Source of the DNA: Epiperipatus broadwayi
Lineage: Eukaryota > Animalia > Onychophora
Assembly: GCA_028023455.1 (NCBI GenBank)
Contig: JAQFVV010000009.1
Span: 15,872,001 to 15,936,000 of the forward strand
DNA: 64,000 nt
Reading direction: 5' to 3'
In this document: piece after piece, positions 14,441 through 27,899 of the stretch
Position numbering within the stretch: position 1 is the stretch's first letter
How the letters are laid out: each line of letters opens with the position of its first letter
Position numbers and translations under genes: made by a program
The notes under the pieces: model-generated
What the model was told of the DNA's origin: nothing
Seen by the model: only the letters and a program-made list of their open reading frames with translations
The model's database searches: none

Positions 14441-15900
14441 TACATTCATATCGGCCTTTTAAGCCAATTGTGCAAACGCTTTGCGAGTGTTAAATAATAA
14501 ATGAATACCCTCTGACCAGTACAAGATATAGAATTTATGCAGGAATAAAAAGAATCCTCTTATTCCTATGACTCAAATATTTATATATGAGCAAATCTGA
14601 AGTACTGGCACAGAAGGCGTGACGATAGAACGGTCACTTTAAATTACTATATACAATGTCTGAATGAATGACGCTGATGAAATTATCTAGAATTTACTAA
14701 ACGTCATTCCAACTGAAACTTAATCATATATATAAATAAGCATTTATTTTTATAGCGTCTGTATATAATTGTAATTACATTCATATCGGCCTTTCAAGCC
14801 AATTGTGCAAACGCTTTGTGAGTGTTAAATAATAAATGAATACTCTCTGACCAATACAAGATATAGAATTTATGCAGGAATAAAAGGAATCCTCTTATTC
14901 CTACAACTCAAATATTTATATATGAGCAAATCTGAAGTACTGGCACAGAAGGTGTGACTATAGAACAGTCACTTTAAATTACTATATATAACGTATGAAT
15001 GAATGACGCCGATGAAATTTACTAGAATTTACTAAACGTCATTCCAACTGAAACTTAATCATATATATAAATAAGCATTTATTTTTATAGCGTCTGTATA
15101 TAATTGTAATTACATTCATATCGGCCTTTCAAGCCAATTGTGCAAACGCTTTGCGAGTGTTAAATAATAAATGAATACCCTCTGACCAGTACAAGATATA
15201 GAATTTATGCAGGAATAAAAAGAATCCTCTTATTCCTATGACTCAAATATTTATATATGAGCAAATCTGAAGTACTGGCACAGAAGGCGTGACGATAGAA
15301 CGGTCACTTTAAATTACTATATACAATGTCTGAATGAATGACGCTGATGAAATTTTCTAGAATTTACTAAACGTCATTCCAACTGAAACTTAATCATATA
15401 TATAAATAAGCATTTATTTTTATAGCGTCTGTATATAATTGTAATTACATTCATATCGGCCTTTCAAGCCAATTGTGCAAACGCTTTGTGAGTGTTAAAT
15501 AATAAATGAATACTCTCTGACCAATACAAGATATAGAATTTATGCAGGAATAAAAAGAATCCTCTTAAAAATAAATGCTTATTTATATATATGATTAAGT
15601 TTCAGTTGGAATGATGTTTAGTAAATTCTAGAAAATTTCATCAGTGTCATTCATTCAGACATTGTATATAGTAATTTAAGTTCTATCGTTACGCCTTCTG
15701 TGCTGCTCATATTTAAATATTTGAGTCATAGGAATAAGAGGATTCTTTTTATTCCTGCATAAATTCTATATCTTGTATTGGTCAGAGGATATTCATTTAT
15801 TATTTAACACTCGCAAAGCGTTTGCACAATTGGCTTGAAAGGCCGATATGAATGTAATTACAATTATATACAGATGCTATAAAAATAAATGCTTATTTAT
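14441..15900. repeat. 335-bp tandem array (about 3.4 units, ABAB) plus one inverted monomer
   Basis: Units start TACATTCATATCGGCC at 14441, 14776, 15111 and 15446 (period 335); the fourth is truncated at about 15566 and followed by a reverse-complement monomer 15566-15900. Confidence 0.95.
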
Positions 15901-15929
15901 AAAGATTACATTATTACATTAAAGGTTAT

Positions 15930-16277
15930 TTGGTACATATTTTGTTCAAAGTGTTTTCTCATTCCTTCATTTGGTTTTCCCGAATTTGAGTCTGTTTTCT
16001 CTTTTTTGGGCCATGGAGAGGATAAATCCAGCATGTCCCAAGTCATGGTAAAAATAACCTCAGGGGTTATCAGGCTATCTCTTGTTCTTATTTTCTTTAT
16101 ATTGTTCAGCATGAAGTTAATAGGATTAAAATTTTGATGATTAAATACTAGCTTACATCTAGTAATCCACAATAGATGATCAAGAATTAATGAGAGTCTA
16201 ATTTCTGGGTATGATCCTTTTCTGATACATTCTTTCAAATTAAATAATTTAGATTGATTTGCCTTAATCCGATTCAT
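15930..16277 (-). mobile_element. L1/Tx1-like ORF2 C-terminal fragment within the hAT element
   Basis: ORF 15906-16277 contains HLLWITRCKLVFN, resembling YILWSIKCKIMFN in the LINE at 1287-4020 (WxxR..xF motif of L1/Tx1 C-termini). Confidence 0.55.
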
Positions 16278-16395
16278 TATTTATCTACTATTTTGTCATA
16301 TTTCGTTTACTAATAAATGGTTTTAATAAAAACACAAAATTATAAAAAACCAATTAGTATATTTTCTTATAATTAAATATTTTTATAAAATAAAT

Positions 16396-16950
16396 TTAAT
16401 GAGATCTTTGTGCTTGTTTCGAACAACATAATTTTTTGAAATTTGGTTCAAAAGATGCGAGGTATACCCTTAAGTCTACAGCTGCGTTCAATCTGTTTCG
16501 ATACTTATTTTTTAAAAAAATATATGAAGAAAAAGCTCTTCCTACTAATTCCGTACTAGTAAACGATAATAATAATTTAAGAGCTTTCTCAGAAAGTTGT
16601 TCATATTCTATAATGTTTAACCAAAAATTAATTAGTTTGTGTCGTTTGAATTCTACTTGTAAAGTGCTGTCACATGATAATTCTATTAAATTTTCTTTAT
16701 CCTTTATTGATAATGATGTAGCTTTTTCTAAATTTTCTGCATAGAAGGAGTTTGAAATCCAATTATCATTTGTGTTTTCGGGTTTTGGAAAATATTCCAT
16801 GAAAGACAATTTTAATCCTGTTAAATGTGCTATTATATTTTCTCGTATATCTTGAGACAGACTAACCTTATTTTCAAACAAAAAAATATGTAGAGTTTCG
16901 AATACTTCCAATTGATTGTTTTTGATACTTATATATATTACTGTTTCCAA
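16396..16950 (-). pseudogene. hAT transposase C-terminal remnant (ZBED5/SCAND3/Buster-like dimerisation domain)
   Basis: 184-aa open frame: HLTGLKLSFMEYFP..WISNSF..ENLIELSCDSTLQVEF..FW..YEQLSEKALKLLLSFTSTELVGRAFS..KNKYRNRLNAAVDLRV; N-terminal part and catalytic DD residues missing. Confidence 0.9.
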
Positions 16951-17824
16951 AAATCTAATTTCTTAATCATACTTTCAATTTTATCATTAACATTAAAGAG
17001 GTTATCGACTGTGCATATTAACAACTTTACTGTATAATATTATTAATTAAAATAATTTTTATGAATTATAGAAAAAAACGTTTCTATATTTTTATGATTT
17101 AATTTTTTTTTTATGTCCGCCATTATTGATTATTTTTTTGTGTACCACCAACCAGCAACTCGCGTACCACCAGTGGTATGCGTACCACAGGTTGGGAAAC
17201 ACTGATCTAGAAGTTTAGTGTGAGCACTTTTTTTTCAAAACAATGACACATTATTCAGCAGTAGAATATGCTAGTATTAAAGAGGCTGTCATATAGTGCT
17301 TGCACCACAACCAGCTTTTCAAGAAAATAATTTCTAAAAATTATTTTAGATCTTATCTTAAATAAATGAGGGAAATAAGGTAGACTATAGCCCAAAGTTA
17401 ATTTTAAATAACATGATGTAGGATTATGTTTCAGTCTACTGTTGCTAAATATTAATTGAGCTTATGAAAAATTTCTCTGTTGTTCAAATGAATAATTGAG
17501 TGTATTGTTTTTGTCAGATTGGGAATAAACTTCCAGTTTTTTAAAAAAGATTTTCATAGTTTTTATATCCTTATTAAGAGACTTATGTATTTCTGGAAAT
17601 ACCTTTTTTTGTGTGAAATTAAAGAAATATCACCATTTATGAATTTCCTGCATTCTGTTTCTGGAAGATCACTGATAATATATTAAATAAAATAGCTGAG
17701 AGAATTGAACTTGTGATAGATCTTTTTTTATAAATTATCTATCAACATAAATGTTATTTAGTGCCAATTAAATTTTTCTTTTGGGAAGCATTTTTTGGTG
17801 TATTTGATTTTAAAGGTTTCTGTT

Positions 17825-19900
17825 ATTATCATTTTTAACTATTATTGTTCGTAGATTGAATGTCTCTCCAAATTTAATTTAGTTACTCCAATCTTTAGCT
17901 TCTCTCAACGTACTAGCAAACTTCCTTATTTCATTTATCTCATATGTAGTCTCTTTCTAGGTATTATGCAATCTCGTGAGATCCACTGTTCATCTATTAG
18001 CATCTAGTCTAGCAATATATCAGCCATTCTTTATTTCAGTCGCTTAGTTCAGTAATGTCAGTGATACTTGTTTGTTCTCTCACTTGTTTCATTTTTGATC
18101 TACCTTGTTACTTTTAGCATACATCTTTCCATATTTCATAGAATGGTCTGAAGTCTCTGTGTTGCTTTTTTATTAAACATTCCAGTCGCAGGTTCATAAT
18201 TAAGAACTGATAAAACACATGTATTAAAAATCTTCATTTTCAAACATATAGTATATTTCCTTTTAATATTAAATTATTTCTAACAAAAGCATTCTATCCA
18301 AGTTTAATTCTATGACTAATTTTATTTATTATGTTTCCATCTGCATTAATAATCTGATTAAGATATTTGCAGTTGTTAATTTTTTTTAATAACTGATTAT
18401 CAATTTTTATTTAATTTCTTCTGAGAAAATTCATTAAATGTTAGTGTTTTTAGCATTTATCTTTAGGGCTATTTTTTACTTTCATCTGATGACTCTTGCA
18501 ATATTTCCTGGAACTCTGAAGTATTATTTGTAAAAACAGCCACATCTTTTGCCAAATGTAGTTGACTTAAATAATTTCTATTTGTTTCTATTCCCTTAAC
18601 TTATGGAATCAATCTGTTGTACATCTTTCTCAAAGTTAATAGTTGCTGTTGCATTTTGATAAATATTCTTCAGAAGTATGACGGTGTTCTGAATCTATAT
18701 TTTGATAATCTAAGACTTTAATCATCGTAAATATTGTAATCAAATGTCTGTTTATAATCTAAAAGATAATGACAACTCATTTTCATTTGATCTTTCTATA
18801 ACTTTTCTCAATACTAGGATTCCACTGTGCTAAAATCATTTTTAAATCCAGTTTATTTGTTTAGTTGATTAGAATCCAAAGTTTGCTATAAATGAGTTGT
18901 AATTATCTTGATAAAATTTTGTATAGAACTGATAGATCTGTAATTTCTAATATTTTTTTTATCATATTTCTTAAATATCAACATTACTATTGCATTCTTA
19001 GAATCTTCTTGTGCATTTTTATCAATGAAGCATTTGGCATATAACTTTGCTAACAATTTTTCTATTTCTTCACTTGTAACCTTGTGGAGTTTTTCTCTTC
19101 TTCATAGAGTTAATTGCATGTCTTATTTCTTCATTTAAAATGCAGGACAATTCAGTTAATGTAATAACTATAGAACATAATTTATTTTTTTGTTTTTTAT
19201 TGCCAAATGATTCTTTATAGAATTCTTCACATTTCATGGTGTCATCCTTCTTTTTAGTAATAGTTCATATTTTCTTTTTATTAAACTAATATATTATTTT
19301 ATATTTCTGACACTTCTATAGCTTTCTTTGTTATGATTATTTTTTATTAATTTTTTTTCATATTATTTTGAAAATTTTAGATATTCAATTCTTTTTAATG
19401 GATCTTTTTTTCTCTTTTGTCTTTTGATTTTATGCCAAATTTTTTGGAATAGTTTCTATTTGAATAATATTGCTGAATAGTTTTGGCAACTACATTTTTA
19501 AATATGTAAGTTCCAAATTTTTTACAAACTCTGAAAGTATGCTATCTGCTCCTAAATCTTTTCTGGTTTAAGACAATTAAAGTCAAGTTCAAATTCAACA
19601 ATATTTATTGATTTTATTTGATTGATATTAGAAAAACATTGTGAAGAAAAAGCTTGTATTTCTGCTTTGATGTTGCTTTTTCTTGTTCTATCAGTCTTGG
19701 GTTTAGAGGTCTAATATATAAAACTAGAAATTTCATTACCAGTGGCAGTAGTAATTCTTTTAGAGATGCTTTTACAGCCACCAAGCTTATGTAAAAGTGA
19801 CTAAGATTTTTGTGATGAAATCCTGTAAAGTTTCATTTTTCCATAATTTTCACTTTTTTTTTCCTACCATCCTCCAGTAATTTAATAAGTTTAACAGCAA
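17825..19900 (-). mobile_element. Heavily decayed RTE-clade LINE, same family as 5100-6022
   Basis: Reverse complement aligns by eye to the 3' end and RT of the 5100-6022 and 29525-31350 copies; EN-like remnants (CKSISKRI, EIQAF) near 19660-19800. Boundaries approximate. Confidence 0.8.
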
Positions 19901-21129
19901 TTTCTGTATCTTTGGTAGATAAATAAATATTGGCCATAAAGAATACTATTGGTTTTGTTTCAATTGGAATGAATTGCTTTTGATATCCTTGAAAGCTATT
20001 ATTATAAGTTTGTTAAGTTTATCATAGGAAAAGATAATTGGAAAAATATTATTAACATTCTATTCTAGATATCTAATATATTAACTCCTTGAGGGGTACA
20101 CTCTTTAGTAACTATTATGAATTTGCTAAGTTTCTCATAGGAAAAGGGGATTGGTGAAATACTATTGACATTCTATTCAAGATGTCTGATATATTGACTC
20201 AAATTAGCTTTCCTTAAATCCCATCTTGTAACAGTATAATTTTAACTATAAGAATATGATTTCCAAGAGTAAATAGATTTGGTTTATATTGGCTATGGGG
20301 AATATCAGTAGATCAATAAGTAATGGAGAACAATTTTTTTTATCAAAACAAAACATAAATGAACAGTAGTCTGTCCTTCATTTGCTTGAATATTACTTCT
20401 TGCTTGACGTTATATGGCAAATTCATATTATGTAAATTATATCTCTTCTAAAAAGTGAGAACCTACTTGATTCTCATTGCATATTCCTAAAGACTATTGT
20501 GATTGAAATAGAGTAAGAGATCCAAAAAATGGGAAGTTTGAAAACATTGTGTATATGTAAAAAAAATTGCTTTATAAATATTGATTGCAATATCATTTGA
20601 ACTAATATCCCATGGAAGTTATTTGCTTTATAAGATGATTTGAACTAAAGATAGCCATATCATATTTAGAATGTAGTCTATCAAAAACAAATCTGTTTAA
20701 AAAATTTTAGGTTCCTTATTATGAAAAGAATTTCTTGAAGTTTAATAAAATCAGTATTGTTCTGAACAATTAATTTGTAAAGAATCTTCATTTTTGATTT
20801 TGATATACTCTCAATGTTAAGATAAACTAATTTTATTGTATTTTTTAGATGAAGAGATCACTATATACCTTGTATATGAGGCACCATATAATCAAATGTC
20901 TTTCCATGCCCCATCCTGCAAATAGCTTCCCTTAATATGTGAAACAAATTATCTCCACATGGGAATTGGACTTCATTTTGATGAATTCCTACTTAAAGAT
21001 AACAACTTATGAAAACAATAAAACTATTATTATGAACTCTGGTAATATTATATAGATAGCTACACCGGGATTACAAAGATGGAAGTCTTAGGATCTTAAA
21101 TGGAATGGCTATGAAAAAACATAATGATA

Positions 21130-21890
21130 GAAAAGAATACTAGATTTAAAAATGATAAAAGTTAATAAAATGTATAAAAGAAAAATAACAATAAATTAAA
21201 ATATAAAGATTGCATTTTAAAAAATGCAAAGAGAAAGACAAATGGATGAAACTTGAAGATATGCGTTAAAATGATAAATTAAACTTAATAGGCTGTAGAA
21301 ATATACCTAAGAAATAAAGAAGAACCAATTTTGAAGAGTGTATATGAGAAGGTTTAAACAGAATAAATGATATAGTATTACAAAAAAAGAAAAAAGTATT
21401 GCAAGGAGCATGATTGAATTTTCTAATCACAAAAAAACATTACTTAAAACATTTACATCTGTATAATAAAAGATAGTAATTCTTTTAAGAAAAGGAAAAC
21501 ATTACATGAAATAAGATTTACATCTCTATGATATAAGATAGTAATTTTTTTAAGAAGAAAAGATATAAATATAAGAATATTAGGAGATTTTAATGGGAAT
21601 ACAGAGGAAATTGATATTAAAGGAAATGAGAGATTATTAAAGTTATTTCTTAAAAATAAAGATCTGTTTATTGCAAATTTATCAAAATAATATAAAGTTA
21701 ATTTATACATGGTTAAAAATGATCAGAAATATATTGTGGATTATGTTTTAATAGAACAAAAAATATTTAGATGATACAAAGAATTAATGCAGAGAAGAAA
21801 CAAAGAATAGTCAAATTTAATATCAAAAGCAAATTAATAAAAAGAAAATAGAATGGGGCATGAATAGAGTGAAAGTTAATAGTTGAATAT
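21130..21890 (+). mobile_element. Decayed endonuclease-domain fragment related to the LINE at 9645-13159
   Basis: KDKWMKLE, EIYLRNKEEPIL, (W)EGLNR and IYTWLKNDQKYIVDYVLIE parallel PEKWMELN, ETHLRKEEESIL, WQGINR and YTWSRNNIFHTIYYVLVE. Confidence 0.7.
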
Positions 21891-22582
21891 AATATAGGAT
21901 CTTCACTGTTGCATGTTATTTAAACATTTAAATACTTCTTTAGAAAAATGTCTGTGATATGTAATTACAATTTGTTTTTTAATTCATCTTTTTTAAAAAA
22001 TACTATTGTAAAAATACAAATTCTAGAATGTTATATATAAATCAGTACAAGAGAAAAAAGATTGCTACAGTGTTAGCAAGAGTAAATGCAAAACAAAAAA
22101 ATAAAAATAAATAATCTTAAAATATTTTATCTTATTTGCAAGCACATATATATTTATTAGTTTTGATTATACAGTATATGAATTTTTATAGAATATGTTG
22201 AATATTACTACTTTACAATAGGATGTTTGTTCTTTGTTAATTTGTTAATAAAATTCTATATTGAAATTTAGTCTCATTATTTTTAAATATATTAAAAATA
22301 AAACTTTCCAAATATTGGAAACATCAAAATAATGTTTAAGCATGCTTTTATATAGAAAAGTCTAAAACTTTATAATCATATTTATGAGTAAGAGTGATTG
22401 TCAAATAAATGCAGTGCAATTGTATCCCCAACAATAAAGATCATTTAGTCATAAAAACAGTCATAGAAATGTGTATTGGAGTCAAATCAGCAACATTTTA
22501 AAATATCATTGGCATTATAAATTAGTCTGCCAACAATCCATTCTAATGGCTTCAGTATTGAAATATATATATATATGAATAT

Positions 22583-24101
22583 TGTGACAGTCAGATGATG
22601 TATGTTGATTTAACCCAGTTCGAATACTATGCAAAAGTACCTCGAGGTCACCCATATGCGAGATATTAAACCAAGAATACTATGACCTCTGCCCTATTTG
22701 TCTAGTCTCGAAGCTATCATGAACCGAACAACACTATCTGAGACACGCATAGAGATTTTCTTACCAAGCCACGAGCTTAGCATCAGCAGGAGACACCTAC
22801 GGAGCTAAATAGTTAAATGTGCAAAAATACTTAGAAATATGTGTTTTGCGTGCCTGGATCATTTAAAAGTAAAACAAAGCATTGAAATATAACTAGCAAA
22901 CTCAAGCTTTTTAGTTAAATAAATATCTTTAATAAATGACATTTAAAATATTATTAATAATTTAATGGCCTTCGCTATTCCCCTAAATTAATGAATAACT
23001 AATGAGACAATGAAAACCAGATTAATATGCTTGCGGTCTAAATCTTTCCTTCCCAATTTTATTAAACATTGTCAACTCGAATCTGCTCGATAAAGTGCAA
23101 TAATAAAAATCTTTCGCAAAGCATTTTCTAATTGCTTTGCGCTAAAACAGAGTTTAAAATGATTTAAGATGTATATCGCTAAATCTGACATATGTAAGAA
23201 GCTAATGGCGGACAAAAGAAGCGTTATCGAGGAGATCAAGTTGGCAAACAAAAAAAGGAAACTTACTCGTACTAAATTTTACAAGTATGAATAAAACTGG
23301 AGAGGGATTTTTATATGAACAATTAACTAATAAACCCAACCGCAATAGAATTAAAATATTTACACATGGGAGTAATGAAGAATAGCGAAGGAAAAAGGGT
23401 TAAATATCTAGATAGATGATCACATATACATATATCTAACTAGTCTAATAAAAATAGTTACATTATAAATATCATTAAACACACATTTCATAAATATTCA
23501 AGAAAGCAATTATAAAAAGTATGGACAAAAAGGGTAGCATAATAAATAGTTCATGAGGAGAGATATGATTACCGTCCTTATTCCTGGTCATGTTCCATCG
23601 ACGGGCGTAGCTTGATCCGTCTGATGAGATGTGTTTGTCCGGACAAGGAAAGTGGAAATCGGTCGCATGGTTTCACAAAAAGTCCTCCAGACACGGCACA
23701 GAGTTCAGATGACGATTGAGTAAATACTACGGCATTTTTCTGGTATTTAGGAACCCTCGGCGGTAGACAAAGTTATTTATTTGCCTAGCCAAGCATGGTA
23801 GACTCCATCGAATTCATATAATAAAATCACAACAGGCAACAGCAAAATTTCTAAAGTTCTCCACGGAGCAATCTGACAGCCCGCAAGAATACTCTGAATG
23901 AATAATCTTTTCCAAAAGGAAAATCTGAATGACTGATCTTTTCCAAAAAGAAAATCTGAATGACTTTTTCCAAAAGGAAACTCTGATTGCCAATCTTTTG
24001 TTCTCCCTTTTATTTATACCCTCTCTGTCAGCTACCTTCTATTGTTTGTATGATCTGAGATCTTGATAAGCCTCCCCATGCTCCTTTGTTTCAAAGTAAC
24101 A
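22583..24101 (-). mobile_element. Probable solo LTR (about 1.5 kb)
   Basis: Inverted termini TGTGAC...GTAACA; CpG-retaining non-coding block; TATAAATA box on the minus strand near 24016; internal 31-bp repeats. No matching TSD, so uncertain. Confidence 0.5.
23893..23999. repeat. About 31-bp minisatellite, 3.5 units
   Basis: TCTGAATGA..ATCTTTTCCAAAAGGAAAA-like units at 23893, 23924, 23955 and 23982. Confidence 0.85.
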
Positions 24102-24836
24102 TTTTCTAAAAATAACTTTTAATTTTTTACTCTAAATTTCTTTCTTTAAACTTTGGGATTTTATTAATTAAAAAAAAAAAGAGAAGGCCATCTTTAATTT
24201 GACTTGAATGGGCTTAACTAATTAAAAATATACATTCTTTTAGAAAATGTTGGTGGGCTTATCTCAAAATCAAATCATACTAAATATTTGAACAAGATTT
24301 AAAAGTAAAATACATTCTTATTTCTTTTAATAAAATAAGCATTTTATTTCAGCAGAATTTTGCATTAATTCATATATATATGCTTGACGTATATATATGT
24401 TTGACTAAACGGTTTTCACAAGTAATATTTTTAACAGCAATTTAATGTTACAATGGAATTTATTTAAAAGAAAATATTTAAAAGCAAATACAAATTTAAT
24501 AAACGTAATTAATTTTAGCTGTAATGCAAAACCCTGCTGATATTGGACTTAATTTAGGTTTACAATATTAATCAAGTTTATAGGAAGATGTGAAGCATGG
24601 ATTGGACTTCAGATCCATTGCTTCAATATATATTTTGTTTATTTATATGATTTTTTTCCATCTCTATGCTTTAAAATAAAAGATAATTTTAATAACAAAA
24701 GTAAAACTAATGTTAGTATGTTTCTTATAGAAACAAATGATAAAAATATATGATAATCCATATTAATAATAGATATATACTTTGTTTAACATTTTTATTT
24801 ATTGAATATATGAAAAAAAATCATTAATAATTTTAG

Positions 24837-24912
24837 TTGAAAGAAGACGGAGGTTTAATATCAACGACAGAATCAAAGAATTGGGAACTCTTCTGCCAAA
24901 ACAAAATGATCC
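24837..24912 (+). CDS. Mitf: Mitf coding exon (basic region and helix 1)
   Basis: TTTTAG acceptor and GTAAGA donor; 76 nt = (I)[24 protein letters not shown](P), the MiT/TFE signature. Confidence 0.98.
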
Positions 24913-25005
24913 GTAAGAACTATTTTATATGTATTTATTATCTGCATTAATTTTATTTTAGAGAAATTTATATTATTTTCATATTTTTCTTTGTTTATTT
25001 CGACT

Positions 25006-26810
25006 TACTGTACATATCCCAGTAAAAAGGTGACTGACATGAAATAAAACGTAGCATTATTTATGTTTTGTTTTTATTATTGATTATTCAAAATTGTTTC
25101 TTTGTGACTCACTATAACCACTGAAAACAATTGTAAAAATTGTTTGATTTTCTACCAGGATTGTTTACAGAAACTTTTTTGCACACTTCTGGATATTGGA
25201 CAATTTTAATTTTGGTAATGATCACAGATTATCAGAAACTAATTCAAAAGAATAGGATAAGTGCTCAAGCAGAACAATGTTTTTTTTTTTTTTTTACCAT
25301 TGTATGAATAATCATGGTACTGTTGATTGACACATTATAATACAACAATCTCACAAAGACTCTTATTTATGGTTTTCAAGTCACTTGTATAAAATTGTTG
25401 CCTCTATCAGATTTGCAGGAATGTATTTGTAGTAAATAATGCTTTTAGAATTTAAAAAAATAAAAAACAGTGAGCAATGTTTTGATTTGGCTTTTTTGCA
25501 TTCACATTTTTTAGCAGTCTTCATCCACATTCAGACACTTGATTGATGGTTCTTATTGGAAACAAGCTTTATTATCCATTATGATGTTTGAGAAGAATGT
25601 GTGGATCCATAATTGCAGTTTTTTATATATTTCTATATTGTTCCACTTTGTGGTATCTTTTTGATTAATCATCAACAAGTGAGGCTCAAAGTGTGATCAC
25701 ACCTGCTTTTTCAAATTTGTTAAAATGTGATGGACAGTGATTTTGAGAATGTCATTGAATTTCTCAATGAATCTGACAGATGCATAGTGAGTGATCAATT
25801 AAAAAAAAATTGGCAATTTTGGTATATTTTCTATGTTTCCAGTTGTTTTAATGTATCTATCTGGCTGTGAATAATCTTCAATGCCTTCCTGCTACCTTAT
25901 CCCTTGAAAACATTCTTTTGACTCATGAATGCACTGCCATATACAATTTGAATCATTTCAAACATTATTTGCTTCCAAAACATTTTTGGGAGACTGGTCA
26001 AGCTGGAAATTTTCTCCAGATGTTTTGACTTCATATATAATATTCATTACTTCGAATGAATCATTTAACTATACTAGAAGTATTTGTACAGCAATTACTT
26101 TTTGAGCAATTCGGCATACACTGAAAAGCCTTCCCAATAAATTCAATTTGTAATTATTTTCATGAAATATGATTATAATCCCTCAATTATCTATAAGATC
26201 AAAGCTTATACAGCCATTACCACTAAGCTTTTTCAAAGAATTCAAATTATACTCATTTAAAAGGTTACCTTTTAAACAAGAGTATAATTTGAATTCTTCG
26301 AAAAAGCTTAGTGATAATGGCTGTATAAGCTTTGTCCTTATAGCTTTGACCTTATAGATAATTGAAGGATTATAACTGTATTTCATGAAAATAATTACAA
26401 TTTATTGGGAAGGCTTTCCAATCAATATATGCCGAATTGCTCGAAAAGTAATTGCCGTACAAATACTTCTAGCATAGTTAAATGATTCATTCAATGTAAT
26501 GAATATTACAAATGAAGTCAAAACATCTGGAGAAAATTTCCAGCTTGACCAGTCTTCAAACATTTCAGTAACAATTTTGCCCAATTTAAAACAAAATTTA
26601 ATGTTAAAGTTTTGATTTTTCATGGTTTTTTTTTTTTTAGAAAGATACAAAACATATTGTCACATTTCATGTTGTAACTTGTGATCCAGACATATATTTG
26701 TATAAATAGGTAAATTATATTGCCGTGAAACATGTGCATTAATTCATGAATGGAACTGCAGATAGTTTGGAGAAAGAACCAATCACTTTTTCACTGATAC
26801 ACACTGTGTA
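25006..26810 (-). mobile_element. Degenerate mariner-like element interrupted by a fold-back insertion
   Basis: Minus strand: MKNQNFNIKFCFKLGKIVTEMFE|MIQIVYG (mariner HTH), FEPHLL (WVPHEL-like motif), FSNIIMDN (decayed TGDE); imperfect TIRs near 25006-25036 and 26779-26810; about 1.2 kb after removing the insert. Confidence 0.8.
25967..26554. repeat. Fold-back insertion: about 565-bp palindrome plus 24-nt tail, flanked by a 10-bp direct repeat
   Basis: Arms 25991-26265 and 26267-26555 are reverse complements around AGGT-T-ACCT; TTCAAACATT at 25957-25966 and 26555-26564. Confidence 0.93.
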
Positions 26811-27899
26811 TATCATTTTGATAGAAATCAATTAATTTTATGAAAAACTCAAGTTAAAATAATGACCAATGTGTCATTTAACAAATTAGAATAATAAAAT
26901 GAAAAAAAAAAGTATATACAAACAACTACAGAAAATGAAAAAAGAAATTCTATTTCATGGCATTTTATATATAAGTTTTAGTAAAATTAATGAAAAATTT
27001 AGGTTATCATATCCTGCATTAATGTTGTGGTATTTGAAGAATTATCTTGGAAGATGAGGGATAAATAAGATCCATTGTTAAAAAAAAAATCTGAAAATTC
27101 TTTAATATTGTCATAATATTATTATAATAATCATTTTATATTTGAATATTATATTTTACTTTTAAAGTTTTATCTATTAGTAAATATAAACCAAAATGTA
27201 AATAAAGCACCTCCCTCCCTATTAAAATATGCAAATTTTAATAATCGGCAACCATTTTCATTCTCTAAGTAAATGATAACAAATATATATGTTAATAAAA
27301 TTTATTTGGCATATGTTGCATGCACACATATTTTATTCTTCCTTTATTATCCTTTCTGAATTTGATATGCAGTATTTCGTTTAATAAAATATTTTCTAAG
27401 AGTAAAAATTTTACAAAATTTCAGAGATGAATTTTATTGTTATAAGAGGAAACAAGTTATTAAAATAAAAAAAAAGGATATTATCCAGAACTGTAAGAAT
27501 TAGCTTTTTTTTTTCATTCTTATTGCTTCAATACATACATGAATTAACACACACTCAGTAAAATAAATAGCTCCTCCATTTTTTATTAATAACTATATTA
27601 TTATTATTTTTTAAAATTTTGTTTATAATTTTGATTTATATATACTTATAAAAAAGTTGTGTTATATATATGTGCTTGTTGAAAAGTATTATACATTTGC
27701 AGTTCTATAAACAGTGCTTGTTGTATTCTAATCACTATTTATCAATAAAAAGATGAGCTATTATATGCTATATTCTTTGAACACACAAGAGGGCTTAGAA
27801 CAAAATATAATATAGTTCATTGTTCCACTGTATGTATTTGTTTAAAGGAATATTTTTTTTTATAGTTGAAAGGTTTGAATACTGTTTTCAGATTATTTT

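Larger units (their letters stand above)
14129..17204 (-). mobile_element. Internally deleted hAT (Buster/Charlie-type) transposon carrying inserted repeats
   Basis: TIRs CAGTGTTTCCCAA / TTGGGAAACACTG; perfect 8-bp TSD ATCTAGAA (14121-14128, 17205-17212) with the central TA typical of Buster elements; transposase remnant inside. Confidence 0.93.

Noticed and set aside
14441-15900. CRISPR-like or prokaryotic array interpretation of the repeats
   Set aside because: Units are 335-bp near-identical monomers with no unique spacers, and the context is a spliced eukaryotic gene.
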